A stretch of 64,000 nt of DNA from Candidatus Cryptobacteroides sp. (GCA_045133255.1 JBGUTV010000045.1:11981-75980), one strand, 5' to 3'. Shown: positions 30,669-41,269, numbered from the stretch's first letter. Notes: generated from the sequence alone by a model not told the origin. Program-made: numbers and translations.

Positions 30669-33600
30669 TTAGAAATTAACGTTCAGACGGAGAGAATAAG
30701 TGCGTGGTCTTGGCCAGAATGTTCTTGCCACACCATCATCACTGTTGACCTCTGGATCAATACCGCTGAAGCCGGTAAGAACGAACACATTCTGGCAGCT
30801 TGCCGCAATACGGATGTTGCCACCCCAGTTGCGGATTTCCTTGAATGTATAGCCAAGGTTGATGTCGTCCATACGGAAGAATGATGCATTCTCGATGAAG
30901 AGGTCTGACATCCACTGGTTACCGTTGTTTGCCTCTGTGAATCCTGTCTTCTTGACAACAGTAGCGTAGTTTGAGATAGCTCCAGTATTGATGTCAAGAT
31001 ATGCAGTAGAGTTTGCTGAAGCAAAGTCGTTGAACACTGTATATCCTACAGAACCGTGTCCGTTGAAACCGAAGTCCCAGTTCTTATAAGAAAGCTTGAG
31101 GTTGATACCGTAATAGAAATCAGGATTAGGGTCACCTGCACAGTATCTGTCGCCATCTGTGATCTTACCATCACCGTCTCGGTCTACGAATGCATTCTGA
31201 ACCGGCTGTCCGTTGTTGTCATAAAGCTGCTGGAATACATAGAAGCTATATGGAGCATATCCGACCTGATGACGGCTGAGAAGAGTACCTGTACCCTTTG
31301 AGATACCTGTCTTCTGGATGTAGTATGTAGGATCGTTGGTAGCATTGAGCTTAGTGAACTTGGTATCCTGGAAAGTTCCGTTCACACCGATAGAGAGATG
31401 CCAGTCATTTGTCTGGACAGGGATTACGTTGAGTGAGAACTCAAGACCCTTGTTCTGGAGAGATCCGATGTTTGTGAGAACTGAGTTACCGAAGTTTGAA
31501 CCCATTGGAGTATTCACGACATTCAGGAGATCGTTGGTGTTGCGGAGGTAAGCATCAACTGTACCTGTGATTCTGTCACCGATGAAACCGAAGTCGACTC
31601 CGACGTTGTAAGTTGTAGTGGTCTCCCACTTGATGTTAGGATCGTATGCCTCTGGAGTATACATGTGCTGGTATCCGATGCCACCCATGTTGTACACAAA
31701 GTACTGGTCATTTGAAAGACCGTATCTTGCAAGATGAGCATACTCATTGATCTTGTCCTGCTGACCGGTCATACCGGCAGAGAGACGAAGCTTGAGCTGT
31801 GACACAGGCTTCACATTCTTAAGGAAGCCTTCCTCCTTGATGTTCCATGCGAATGCTCCTGATGGGAACACACCCCAGCGTGTAGCAGGCGAGAACTTAG
31901 AAGAACCGTCTGTACGGATAGAAGCGGTGAAGAGATATCTCGATGCGATCGAATAGTTCACACGGGCATAGAATGAAACAAGGTAGCTCTCAGATGCACC
32001 GTAAGGATAACGCTGGTCGATTGTCTGACCCTCATTAAGTTTAGGCTCATCTGTGATGTTGAAATATGAAATCGAACGGCCACCATTGTACATGTGCTGC
32101 CAAGAGTAACCTGCCATCACGTCAAGTCTGTGCTGACCGAACTCCTCATTGTAGTTGGCATAAGCCTCAAGCACTTCACTCTTGCTCTCGCTCTGAGAAA
32201 TAGAGTACTGACCGATACGTGGACTCTCAGAGTCTCCGGCTGCCTGATATGAACCAGGGTTTACACCGTCGTACTTCTTACCGAAAGAGTAGTCCATACC
32301 GAGGCTTACATTGAATCTCAATGCCTCGAATCCATGAACCTTATAGTCGATTGCCGCATTACCGATGAAACGGAGACCACGCTCGTTCATCACCTTGTCA
32401 TAAAGCTGCGAAAGTGGAGAGATTCCCATGAGAGTACTCTGGGTAAACTGCTCGCCGCGTCCTCCACCATAATTCCAGAAACCGTTGGTTGTAGTATAGT
32501 CTACAGTACCATCCTCGTTTCTCCAGTATGGATCGATAGTAGGGTTGAAGAAAGCTCCGTTTCCTACAACACCACTGTCAACATAATTCGAATAAGTGTA
32601 CACGCCCTTACCATTAAGGTTGATTGTAAGGTGCTTGTCAAAGAAGTTTGGAGAAAGGCTGAGGTCGAGTGTTCCTCTGTCATAAGAAGAGCCCTTGAGG
32701 GTACCCTGCTGGTCTGTATAACCGATTGATGCTCTGTAAGGCATTCTCTCCTTGACATTTCCTGTAAGGCTGACGTTGTGGTCATGTGAGACTGCAGTGC
32801 GGAAGATGATGTCCTGATAGTTGATGTTCTCAGGACCGAGGTTCTTCTGTACAGCCTCTGCCTGCTTTGAACCTGCAGGGAATGCTGCAGCAAGGAACTC
32901 ACGGAGTTCACCAGGAGTAAATACCGGAAGCGGCTTAGAGTTCTGCTGAACGCTCACGCTACCATTGTATGAAACCTGAGGTCTGCTGCCCTTACCCTTC
33001 TTGGTGGTGATCATGATGACACCGTTCGATGCACGTGAACCGTAAATAGCGGCAGAAGATGCATCCTTGAGAACTGTGAACGACTCAATGTCGTTAGGAT
33101 TGATCATATCAAGCGGATTCGACATACCCGCACCGGCGCCATATGCTACAGGAACACCGTCGATGATGATGAGAGGGTCATTTGACGCCTCGAGAGAAGC
33201 TGCACCACGGATACGGATTGTAGAACCTGCACCAGGACCACCGTCTCCAGGGATAACATGAAGGCCAGGAACCTTACCCTTGAGCATATCCTGAGTAGAG
33301 ACCATTGCTCCACGGTTGAGCTCTTCGCTCTTGATTGCAGTCACCGAACCGGTCATGTCTTCCTTCTTCACGGTACCGTAACCGATTACGACTACCTCGT
33401 CAAGGAACTGAGTATCCTCGGAAAGAGTAACTGTTGGAGGCACCTGAGATGCCACGAAAGTCTGGCTCGCATAACCAATGCAGCTGATCTCTACAACTGC
33501 GTCGGCGCTTGAGACAGTAAGGACGTAGTCACCGTCAAGACCGGTAGAGACACCATTGGTTGTACCCTGCTCGATGACAGTTGCACCGATTACAGGACCA

Positions 33601-33713
33601 AGTGGATCGACAACTACTCCTTTAACCTCGTACTTGCCTTGAGCAAATACGTTTGCCCCTCCCAGAAGAGAAATCATAAGAAAGGCTGCACAAAGCGACA
33701 TTATTCTATTCAT
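30669..33713 (-). CDS. susC: SusC/RagA TonB-dependent transporter
   Basis: LDEVVVIGYG, IRIRG..SNDPLIIIDGVP, LKDASSAAIYGSRASNGVIMITTKKG, KWETT, C-terminal F. Confidence 0.97.
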   Translation of the reverse strand: MNRIMSLCAAFLMISLLGGANVFAQGKYEVKGVVVDPLGPVIGATVIEQGTTNGVSTGLDGDYVLTVSSADAVVEISCIGYASQTFVASQVPPTVTLSEDTQFLDEVVVIGYGTVKKEDMTGSVTAIKSEELNRGAMVSTQDMLKGKVPGLHVIPGDGGPGAGSTIRIRGAASLEASNDPLIIIDGVPVAYGAGAGMSNPLDMINPNDIESFTVLKDASSAAIYGSRASNGVIMITTKKGKGSRPQVSYNGSVSVQQNSKPLPVFTPGELREFLAAAFPAGSKQAEAVQKNLGPENINYQDIIFRTAVSHDHNVSLTGNVKERMPYRASIGYTDQQGTLKGSSYDRGTLDLSLSPNFFDKHLTINLNGKGVYTYSNYVDSGVVGNGAFFNPTIDPYWRNEDGTVDYTTTNGFWNYGGGRGEQFTQSTLMGISPLSQLYDKVMNERGLRFIGNAAIDYKVHGFEALRFNVSLGMDYSFGKKYDGVNPGSYQAAGDSESPRIGQYSISQSESKSEVLEAYANYNEEFGQHRLDVMAGYSWQHMYNGGRSISYFNITDEPKLNEGQTIDQRYPYGASESYLVSFYARVNYSIASRYLFTASIRTDGSSKFSPATRWGVFPSGAFAWNIKEEGFLKNVKPVSQLKLRLSAGMTGQQDKINEYAHLARYGLSNDQYFVYNMGGIGYQHMYTPEAYDPNIKWETTTTYNVGVDFGFIGDRITGTVDAYLRNTNDLLNVVNTPMGSNFGNSVLTNIGSLQNKGLEFSLNVIPVQTNDWHLSIGVNGTFQDTKFTKLNATNDPTYYIQKTGISKGTGTLLSRHQVGYAPYSFYVFQQLYDNNGQPVQNAFVDRDGDGKITDGDRYCAGDPNPDFYYGINLKLSYKNWDFGFNGHGSVGYTVFNDFASANSTAYLDINTGAISNYATVVKKTGFTEANNGNQWMSDLFIENASFFRMDDINLGYTFKEIRNWGGNIRIAASCQNVFVLTGFSGIDPEVNSDDGVARTFWPRPRTYSLRLNVNF

Positions 33714-33772
33714 AAAGAATTTTGTTTGGTTAGTAGATAGTTTGTATTTGTAAATATGTAAGTTCCAATAAC

Positions 33773-35083
33773 TTAACTTCTATTTTTCTCTTTCACGAAA
33801 TATACGGCCACCGCTCCGAGCGCCAGAAGGACACCGGCTACGATGAACATGCTGACCTGAGCACCGCCGACCATCTTGAGTATGAATCCTCCGCAAGCGG
33901 CAGCAACGATCTGCGGAAGGCAGATTGTGCCGTTGAAGAGACCGAGATAGGTGCCGATGTGCTCACCTGAAAGCGAGTTGGTAAGAAGAGTGAAAGGCAC
34001 TGCAAGCATAGCTGCCCACGCCACTCCGATGAGGAGGAACGAGATGAAGAGCAGATACTGGTCGTGGATGAAGAATACGGATGCGAATCCGGCAGCACCG
34101 ATAAGGAGGCTGACCACATAAGCAGTCTTGATGTTCCTGAACTTAGGGATGATGAGGGCCCAGAGGACAGAACCTACTGACTGTACGGCAAAGAGGATTC
34201 CCACCCAGTTTCCTGCAGTCTGATAACCTTCAGACTTCACATCGGTTGTTCCCCATACGGTATCGGCGATTGCACCGTTGGTGTATGTCCACATGTAGAG
34301 GAAAGCCGCCCAGCAGAAGAACTGCACGAGGCCTACTGTCCAGAATGCGCTTGGAGCCTTCTTCAGAAGGGTCAGCATGCCCGGAGCCTTCTCTTCAGTC
34401 TTGTCAGGGTCGATTCCATGGAACTGAGCATATTCCTTCGGTGGCATCTCCTTCACCTTGAGGGTTGTGAAGAGAACGCAGAGGATGAGGATTGCCGCTC
34501 CGATGTAGAACGAATACTTCACCGTATCGGGAACCTGTCCCTCAGGTGCAGTGTTTGCAATACCGAACCACGCGAAGAGGAACGGGAACATGAAGCCCAC
34601 GAGTCCGCCTGCATTCACGAGGAAACTCTGGATCGAATAGGCCTTGCTCTTCTGCTCTTCACCCACCATGTCTCCTACAAGCATCTTGAACGGCTGCATG
34701 GCCATGTTGATCGATGTGTCAAGAAGCATGAGTGCGATGAGTCCGAAGATCATGGCTCCTGCAAATGTGAAGCTGAAGTTTCCTGCATTCGGAAGAAGGC
34801 ACATCACTGCGATGGCGATCAGCGAACCGAGGAAAAGATAAGGGATTCGGCGTCCGAAACGGCACCATGTCCTGTCGCTGTACTTGCCCACGAGAGGCTG
34901 TACGATCATTCCCATAAGAGGGGGAAGGATCCAGAAGAAGCTCAGGCTGTGCGGATCTGCACCGAGAGTCGCAAAGATGCGGCTGATATTGGCACTCTGA
35001 AGGGAATACGCAATCTGGACTCCGAAGAATCCGAAGCTTATGTTCCACAGCTGCCAGAATGTTAGTTGAGTTTTTTGCATCAT
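33773..35083 (-). CDS. MFS sugar permease (maltose/sucrose-type, SLC45/MalT-like)
   Basis: ISFGFFGVQ, QPLVGKYSDRTW..FGRRIPY, DTSINMAMQPF, GLFNGTICLPQI; about 12 TM. Confidence 0.88.
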   Translation of the reverse strand: MMQKTQLTFWQLWNISFGFFGVQIAYSLQSANISRIFATLGADPHSLSFFWILPPLMGMIVQPLVGKYSDRTWCRFGRRIPYLFLGSLIAIAVMCLLPNAGNFSFTFAGAMIFGLIALMLLDTSINMAMQPFKMLVGDMVGEEQKSKAYSIQSFLVNAGGLVGFMFPFLFAWFGIANTAPEGQVPDTVKYSFYIGAAILILCVLFTTLKVKEMPPKEYAQFHGIDPDKTEEKAPGMLTLLKKAPSAFWTVGLVQFFCWAAFLYMWTYTNGAIADTVWGTTDVKSEGYQTAGNWVGILFAVQSVGSVLWALIIPKFRNIKTAYVVSLLIGAAGFASVFFIHDQYLLFISFLLIGVAWAAMLAVPFTLLTNSLSGEHIGTYLGLFNGTICLPQIVAAACGGFILKMVGGAQVSMFIVAGVLLALGAVAVYFVKEKNRS

Positions 35084-35163
35084 TAACTGTTTTGGTTATT
35101 TGGTTTCAGTCTAATCAAATCACGTAAATTTACACATTATTAATAATAGAATTTCAGTCCTCC

Positions 35164-35213
35164 GGACGAGTTGCTTGAAGATTGGGACGAACGGTCGTAT
35201 TTTTATGATGAAT
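35164..35213. promoter_or_regulatory. Three direct repeats at 21-bp spacing, putative LytTR operator
   Basis: GGACGAGT (35164), GGACGAAC (35185), TGATGAAT (35206), upstream of a TAAATTTA -7-like box on minus (35125-35132). Confidence 0.6.
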
Positions 35214-35269
35214 CGTAACGAAAAATTGCATATTCAGAGCAAAATCCGTAACTTCGGCGTATAAAACTC

Positions 35270-36661
35270 ATGTTTATGAAGATATTTCAACAGGCGCAAC
35301 CCGTCTGGATAATACATATTTTCGCAGCCCTTCATCTCATCACAGCCCTATGCTGCAGACTCGCAGGAATAGATGACGAACTCCTGCTGACCATACTGAC
35401 AATGGCGATGATTCTCATTGTCTGCCTAAAGAAGAATCTTTCCATCGAATTCACAGCATCCATTGTAATTGTGGGCAATATCCTGGGCTACCTGCTGGGA
35501 ACCCTGGGAGCCAATATCCTTAGTCTGGTGTTCACTTCCCCATATGTAATACAGCCTTTATCGACATTTGTCACCACCGAACTTCTAGGTTGGGGAATCG
35601 TGGCGATTGCCGGCATATTCAGATTAGGAAAAACAGACGAAGACGACAGTTCCCTCGCGTCACCATACCTCAAATGGCTGCTTCTTGCTGCCGGATTCAT
35701 CTTCATACTGAGACTTGGAGTAGTCTTCATCTTCTCAGAAGTCAGCGTAGACTCCACCAGCGTCTACAACATAACCAAAGATGTCCTCACCAATTCAGTC
35801 GGTCTTCTGATCCTCATCTGCCTCAACATCCTGTATGTCAGGTATTCATCCCGACTCAGCAAAACGGCAGGACTGAAGAAGGCCCTCTTTCTCATACTCT
35901 TCACAACTGCCGCCGCCCTGGCGGAAACCGTCATCATCGGATTCGGATTCCCGTTCACGATCTTCCAAGGATTCAACGGAAGCTTCATCCTTATCTTCAT
36001 GATATCTCTCCTGACGGAAATAACCATATACTGCATGATCTTCATCATCAACTATGCCCTAACGGCAAGAAAGGACATGCAGACGCAGAGGGAAAGGGCA
36101 CACCTGGCGCAATACAGATACATGAAGCTGAAAGGACAGGTCAATCCACATTTCCTCTTCAATTCCCTTAACATTCTCGACTGCCTGGTCTGTGAAGAAA
36201 AGACAGAACAGGCCAGCACCTACATCCACAAGCTGGCCGGAATCTACAGATACATGATCAAGAGCGAAGACGAGGAACTGGTCAAGCTCAGTGATGAGCT
36301 CGTATTCATCGAGAAATACACAGACCTCCTCAAGGTCCGCTTCACAGAAGGTCTCCAGATTGAAACGGATATTGACGACGGCTGCCTCAACCGCCTGATA
36401 CTCCCCTGCTCACTCCAGCTCCTGATCGAGAACGCAACGAAACACAATGCGGTAAGCGCTGACAACCCGCTGAAAATCAAGATAGAAGCATCTGACGGAA
36501 CCATACGGGTAAAAAACAACATCATACCTAAGATTACAAGAAGCCAGTCCACCGGACTCGGGCACAAATATATCAGCAGACAGTACCTGGATCTGTGCGG
36601 AAAGAGCATAGATATTGATATTACTGAAAACGACTATTGTGTAACATTGCCACTATTGTAA
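35270..36661 (+). CDS. LytS/YehU-type sensor histidine kinase with multi-TM N-terminus
   Basis: LKGQVNPHFLFNSLN H-box, LQLLIENATKHN; about 8 hydrophobic segments. Confidence 0.92.
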   Translation: MFMKIFQQAQPVWIIHIFAALHLITALCCRLAGIDDELLLTILTMAMILIVCLKKNLSIEFTASIVIVGNILGYLLGTLGANILSLVFTSPYVIQPLSTFVTTELLGWGIVAIAGIFRLGKTDEDDSSLASPYLKWLLLAAGFIFILRLGVVFIFSEVSVDSTSVYNITKDVLTNSVGLLILICLNILYVRYSSRLSKTAGLKKALFLILFTTAAALAETVIIGFGFPFTIFQGFNGSFILIFMISLLTEITIYCMIFIINYALTARKDMQTQRERAHLAQYRYMKLKGQVNPHFLFNSLNILDCLVCEEKTEQASTYIHKLAGIYRYMIKSEDEELVKLSDELVFIEKYTDLLKVRFTEGLQIETDIDDGCLNRLILPCSLQLLIENATKHNAVSADNPLKIKIEASDGTIRVKNNIIPKITRSQSTGLGHKYISRQYLDLCGKSIDIDITENDYCVTLPLL

Positions 36662-36665
36662 AGAT

Positions 36666-37421
36666 ATGAGAGTCCTTATCGTTGAAGATGAAATAATGGC
36701 TCAGAAGAGCCTGATACGCATCTTGTCACAGAATTTTCCGGAACTGAACGTGGTCGGAACGGCAACCTCGGTAAAGGGAGCCGTTTCATGGCTCAAGGAT
36801 CCGGACAACAAGGCTGACATCATATTCATGGACGTTGAACTTTCGGACGGAGTATGCTTTGAGATATTCCGACAGGTGGAAGTTACATCCAAGGTTATAA
36901 TGACGACTGCATACGACAGCTACGCACTGAAGGCATTTGAAGCCGGAAGTGTAGACTATCTTCTTAAACCTGTCGAAATCGCGGACCTCAGAAGGGCTGT
37001 CGCAAGATGCCGCGCAAGCGGCGGAACATTTGATTATGCCGCACTCGCGAAGGCCCTGGGCATGGGAGAAGCCAAGAAGGAGTACAAAGAGAAATACATA
37101 GTACGCATTAACGACCGTATCATTCCTCTCCAGACAGCAAACATAGCATTCATCTATTCCGAAGAGAAGACCAACTGGCTTACAACCTTCGATGGAGACA
37201 AATACATAATAGACTCATCTCTTGATGTTATAAGCGAGGAGCTGAATCCGGACACATTCTTCAGGATCTCCCGCAGCTGCATCGTAAACACCAGAGCCAT
37301 CCTCAGCATAATAAAACAAGCTGGCGGACGACTTCTGATCAAGTCCAACCCACCAGCTTCCTTCGAAATGACAGTCAGCCGTTCACGCGTCGAAGATTTC
37401 CTCGACTGGCTTGAACGCTGA
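36666..37421 (+). CDS. LytTR-family response regulator
   Basis: IVEDE, IFMDVEL, TTAYD, DYLLKP receiver domain; FFRISRSCIVN and VSRSR LytTR domain. Confidence 0.95.
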   Translation: MRVLIVEDEIMAQKSLIRILSQNFPELNVVGTATSVKGAVSWLKDPDNKADIIFMDVELSDGVCFEIFRQVEVTSKVIMTTAYDSYALKAFEAGSVDYLLKPVEIADLRRAVARCRASGGTFDYAALAKALGMGEAKKEYKEKYIVRINDRIIPLQTANIAFIYSEEKTNWLTTFDGDKYIIDSSLDVISEELNPDTFFRISRSCIVNTRAILSIIKQAGGRLLIKSNPPASFEMTVSRSRVEDFLDWLER

Positions 37422-37434
37422 TCCCCAAAAACAT

Positions 37435-37470
37435 AAAAAACTTGGCGCCCCATAAAGTTATGAGACGCCA
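37435..37470 (-). terminator. Rho-independent terminator of malQ
   Basis: Minus strand TGGCGTCTCATAA-CT-TTATGGGGCGCCA (G-U pairs) followed by AGTTTTTT. Confidence 0.7.
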
Positions 37471-37494
37471 GATTCAAATCATTTGATTGAGGAA

Positions 37495-39885
37495 CTATCT
37501 GCGGCCGCTGTCTGCAATCATTGCAGTGAGAGTGTCGTTGAATTCCTTCTGGGATGCAAGATCCTCAAGAGTGAGATGCATGCGGTAGCGCCAGTAATGG
37601 CGTGGGTTAGCAGGAACGTTTATACGCTCGTCATTCGGATTCTCGCGTCTGAGAGCACCATCCATAGAGAGCCAGTCCTGAAGCGGAAGCACTGTAAGCA
37701 TCGCTGGAGACCATAGGTGCTGCTCAAGAATCTGACGGCAGATCCATGGCTCACAGAACTGCGGAGCATCGCCTCCATTTCCAAGAAGCATATTCCAGAA
37801 CTGCTGCGTAACTTCCCTATCCTCTTCCCACCATGCACGTACAGGATTCATGTCGTGAGTCGATGTGGTGCATACTGAGAGATACGGATAATTTGAAGGA
37901 TGCGCGAATGTCTCTTCCACCGACTTAGGCATTCTCTGGATCTCAAGAGAAAGGATCCTGAGGTCAGACATAACCTGAGGCACTGTCGCAGGAATCATTC
38001 CAAGATCCTCTCCGCAAGCAAGCATTCCCGTCGAGTCGAGAAGGGCAGGAAGCTTCTTCATTGCCGTCTCCTTCCAGAACTCATTGTGACGATAGTAGAA
38101 GAAGTCATTGTATATACGCTCGAAAGAGCCGCGACGATACGCATCGAGAATGCTGAACGCACGAGTCTTCATTGCACCGATCTTAGGATGATAATAGCCA
38201 GGCTTATGCGGATCCTCGATAAAGAGTTCCTTATCCTCGACATTGAATCCCAGATTCTGAAGCTCCTCAGCAGGATATGGAAGAGCCGGGCTGAAATAGC
38301 CGTCAAGTCCGCTCTTTGACCAAAGAGGAATCTGCCATATACGGAAGAATCCGAGGATATGGTCGATACGGAATGCATCGAAATATTCCGACATCTTTCT
38401 CAGACGGGCCTTCCACCATGCATAGTCATCCTCAGCCATCTTCTCCCAGTTGTATGTAGGGAATCCCCAGTTCTGACCGTCTTCGGCAAATGCATCAGGC
38501 GGGGCTCCAGCCTGTGAATCCATATGGAAGAGTTCAGGATAAAGCCATGCATCCACACTGGTGCGGCTGATACCGATAGGAAGGTCACCCTTGAGGACCA
38601 CGCCCTTCGAATGAGCATACTTGCAGACCTCCGAGAGCTGGGCATCAAGATGATATTGTACAAAGCACCAGAAATCCACATCCTTTCTATTCTCTTCGCA
38701 GAACGCTACGATCTTCTTCGCATTGTATTTCTTGTTTGTCTTCCACTTTGAGAAATCAGGAGTTCCGTTCATGTCACGCAATACACAGAACGCAGCATAT
38801 GGCATAAGCCAATCCTCATTGGCAGCGATGAATGCCTTGTATGCCTTTGATGCAGAAAGCTTTGCAAAAGTCTTGTCATAGGCTTTGCGAAGAAGTTCAA
38901 GCTTGGTGTTGTTGACCTTCTCATAGTCAATCTGATCAAGCGCATTAAGCTCAGCCTGAAGTTCCTTGTAAGCCTTGGTTACAGGCACTCCTGCAGCAGG
39001 AAGATTGATGAACTGCGGATGAAGTGCAAATGTAGAATTGGCATTATATGGATATGAATCCTCCCATGTTCCGGTCATGGTAGTGTCGTTGATCGGAAGA
39101 AGCTGAAGCACGCTCTGACCTGTAGCAGCAGCCCAGTCCACCATCTTCTTAAGATCAAGGAACTCACCTACACCGAAATCATCCTCGCTTCTGAGTGAGA
39201 ACACAGGAATCGCTGTACCGGCTCCCTTCCACTGTCTTCCGGAGAAACGAGGCTCCAAAGAAGCCTCCACATAGCAGACATTCTTCTCAGAAATCACTGC
39301 CATCACTCTGTTCTCTCCGTCTTCCCACACCTTTGGCTGAAGTGTCTCTCTGTCAGCAATGAGGAGTTTGTACATAAACGGCTCAGCCGCCTCAAGAGAA
39401 AGAGTCCATACAGGGAACATACCGTCTTCGAACGGCACAATGCGGTTCCAGTTGTCAAGTGTCTTTCCGCTTCCTGCGATTGCAAGAACTTCATCAGGTC
39501 TCACTACAGGCGCATTCACCACAATGCATATGCCATTGGCTGGAGCAGACTGTCTGGAATCAACCCTTCCGAATATACCCTTTGTGAAGGCAGAAGAGTA
39601 GAACGGCGCATCAGCCGGACGGTCCTGCCAACGGTCGTTGATATTTACAGTCTTTGCAGACAGTCCTTTCGGAAGCACATGCTTTCCCCACTCCTTTCGC
39701 ACGGTAACTCCATCACGGACAACCTCATAGCCATACTCAAGGGCTTCTTTGAGAGCTGGACGCGACACCTCACCCTGCCACAAGCCGTCTGCCACATATT
39801 CGAGACCGTGGCGCTTGCCGTCAAGACAGAGGACGATCTCCTCGCCCCACGCTGTCCTGTATTCAATGCTAAAGTTCAGTTTCAT
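37495..39885 (-). CDS. malQ: 4-alpha-glucanotransferase (GH77) with N-terminal CBM20-like domains
   Basis: GAGTAIPVFSLRS, QLLPINDT, KGDLPIG, AGAPPDAF..GQNWGFPTY, RIDHILGFFRIW, GEDLG, THD, ERINVP. Confidence 0.95.
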   Translation of the reverse strand: MKLNFSIEYRTAWGEEIVLCLDGKRHGLEYVADGLWQGEVSRPALKEALEYGYEVVRDGVTVRKEWGKHVLPKGLSAKTVNINDRWQDRPADAPFYSSAFTKGIFGRVDSRQSAPANGICIVVNAPVVRPDEVLAIAGSGKTLDNWNRIVPFEDGMFPVWTLSLEAAEPFMYKLLIADRETLQPKVWEDGENRVMAVISEKNVCYVEASLEPRFSGRQWKGAGTAIPVFSLRSEDDFGVGEFLDLKKMVDWAAATGQSVLQLLPINDTTMTGTWEDSYPYNANSTFALHPQFINLPAAGVPVTKAYKELQAELNALDQIDYEKVNNTKLELLRKAYDKTFAKLSASKAYKAFIAANEDWLMPYAAFCVLRDMNGTPDFSKWKTNKKYNAKKIVAFCEENRKDVDFWCFVQYHLDAQLSEVCKYAHSKGVVLKGDLPIGISRTSVDAWLYPELFHMDSQAGAPPDAFAEDGQNWGFPTYNWEKMAEDDYAWWKARLRKMSEYFDAFRIDHILGFFRIWQIPLWSKSGLDGYFSPALPYPAEELQNLGFNVEDKELFIEDPHKPGYYHPKIGAMKTRAFSILDAYRRGSFERIYNDFFYYRHNEFWKETAMKKLPALLDSTGMLACGEDLGMIPATVPQVMSDLRILSLEIQRMPKSVEETFAHPSNYPYLSVCTTSTHDMNPVRAWWEEDREVTQQFWNMLLGNGGDAPQFCEPWICRQILEQHLWSPAMLTVLPLQDWLSMDGALRRENPNDERINVPANPRHYWRYRMHLTLEDLASQKEFNDTLTAMIADSGRR

Positions 39886-39898
39886 TAATATAATACGT

Positions 39899-41269
39899 TT
39901 ATTGATTATTTTTCATTTTCTTCCAGTTCAGCACCGGCAGGATGAACGACACAAGTGCCGCAGCCAGCCAGAAATAAGATACAGGTCCGAAATCATATAC
40001 ATCCATGCCGTCAACACGGACCGTGTTATATTGGATAAGGTAACCGCTTGTGATGTCCTGAAGTCCTGCAGCGACATAGCTTGATATACCCACTATGCCC
40101 AATGCGGCACCGGTAGCCTTTCTCGGCACGATATCTACAGCCATGAGGCCCGCTACAATGCAATAGAGGACTCCTATCGAAAGGCTGAACACAGATACAT
40201 ACAGGACATTCATCACATATCCCCCTCCTGCAAAAAGGAAGAGTGCAAGGGCAACGAAACTCACTGCACCTGAGAGAATCGCAGGACGGATACGGTCACT
40301 GCGGAAGACTCGGTCAGACAGCCAGCCTGCCAGAACCGTACCCAGCACACCGAATACTGCCGAAAACGCAATAATCTGCGTCGCCTGTTCCAATGAAAAG
40401 GCCCTCTCCTTCTGAAGGAAAAGGACTCCCCATCCGGCAATGGCGTATTTGGTTATATAGATGAATGCGCTTGATAGGGCTATGACCCATATTCCCGGAT
40501 GCTTGAATATCATCTTCTGAAGTTCTCGCGTCGGCATCTTATCAACAGGCTTCACGTCCTCTCCAGAAAGCTGCTGAATCGACGGAAGACCCTGGCTCTC
40601 AGGAGTATCCGAAACCGTAAGCAGGATCAGCAATGCTCCTGCACCTCCGGCAGCCGCAGCTACGACAAAGCCCCACTGCCAGCCGAAAGCCCCCACGATA
40701 AGACCAGTCAGAATAAAGGAAATGAACTCACCAAGATACGGACTCGCGCTGAAGATGCTGTAGAATGTGCCTCTCCGGGACTGAGGGAACCATCTGGACA
40801 GACTTATGACTCCCGGAGGAGAACCCATGGACTGCATCCAGCCGTTCAGGCCCCACAGTACAGCAAAGAGGATGAATATGACGGACAACGGGATTGCCGT
40901 ATATCCGTTTACTATTCCGAGAATTCCCATAAGGAGATTGATGGCAGCAGAAACCGCAAGGCCGGTGAACATGAAACGGCGGATATTGCAATAATCCGCA
41001 ATGAAGCCGTTCAGGAACTTGCCCACCGCATAGACAAACAACAGAGCGGAGCCTATGACACCCAGCTGACCTGCCGTAAGGAACCCTTCATCAATAAGAG
41101 GCTGCTTGACCACACTCAGGCTCATCCTGCAGACATAGTACAGGCTATACGCAACAGTAACCCCCCAGAAAGTCCTGTTTCTGATGGAAAGATACCTTGG
41201 GCGTATTTCATTCTCGGGAACGGTCTCCCCGGAAGGCTTGCTTATCCTGTAGAATGAGTAGAGACTCAT
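39899..41269 (-). CDS. OPA-family MFS transporter (GlpT/UhpT/UhpC-like)
   Basis: YSLYYVCRMSLS, YAVGKFLNG..AD, NGWMQSMG, RWFP..RRGT, AGWLSDR, KATGAALG..G..SY. Confidence 0.85.
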   Translation of the reverse strand: MSLYSFYRISKPSGETVPENEIRPRYLSIRNRTFWGVTVAYSLYYVCRMSLSVVKQPLIDEGFLTAGQLGVIGSALLFVYAVGKFLNGFIADYCNIRRFMFTGLAVSAAINLLMGILGIVNGYTAIPLSVIFILFAVLWGLNGWMQSMGSPPGVISLSRWFPQSRRGTFYSIFSASPYLGEFISFILTGLIVGAFGWQWGFVVAAAAGGAGALLILLTVSDTPESQGLPSIQQLSGEDVKPVDKMPTRELQKMIFKHPGIWVIALSSAFIYITKYAIAGWGVLFLQKERAFSLEQATQIIAFSAVFGVLGTVLAGWLSDRVFRSDRIRPAILSGAVSFVALALFLFAGGGYVMNVLYVSVFSLSIGVLYCIVAGLMAVDIVPRKATGAALGIVGISSYVAAGLQDITSGYLIQYNTVRVDGMDVYDFGPVSYFWLAAALVSFILPVLNWKKMKNNQ

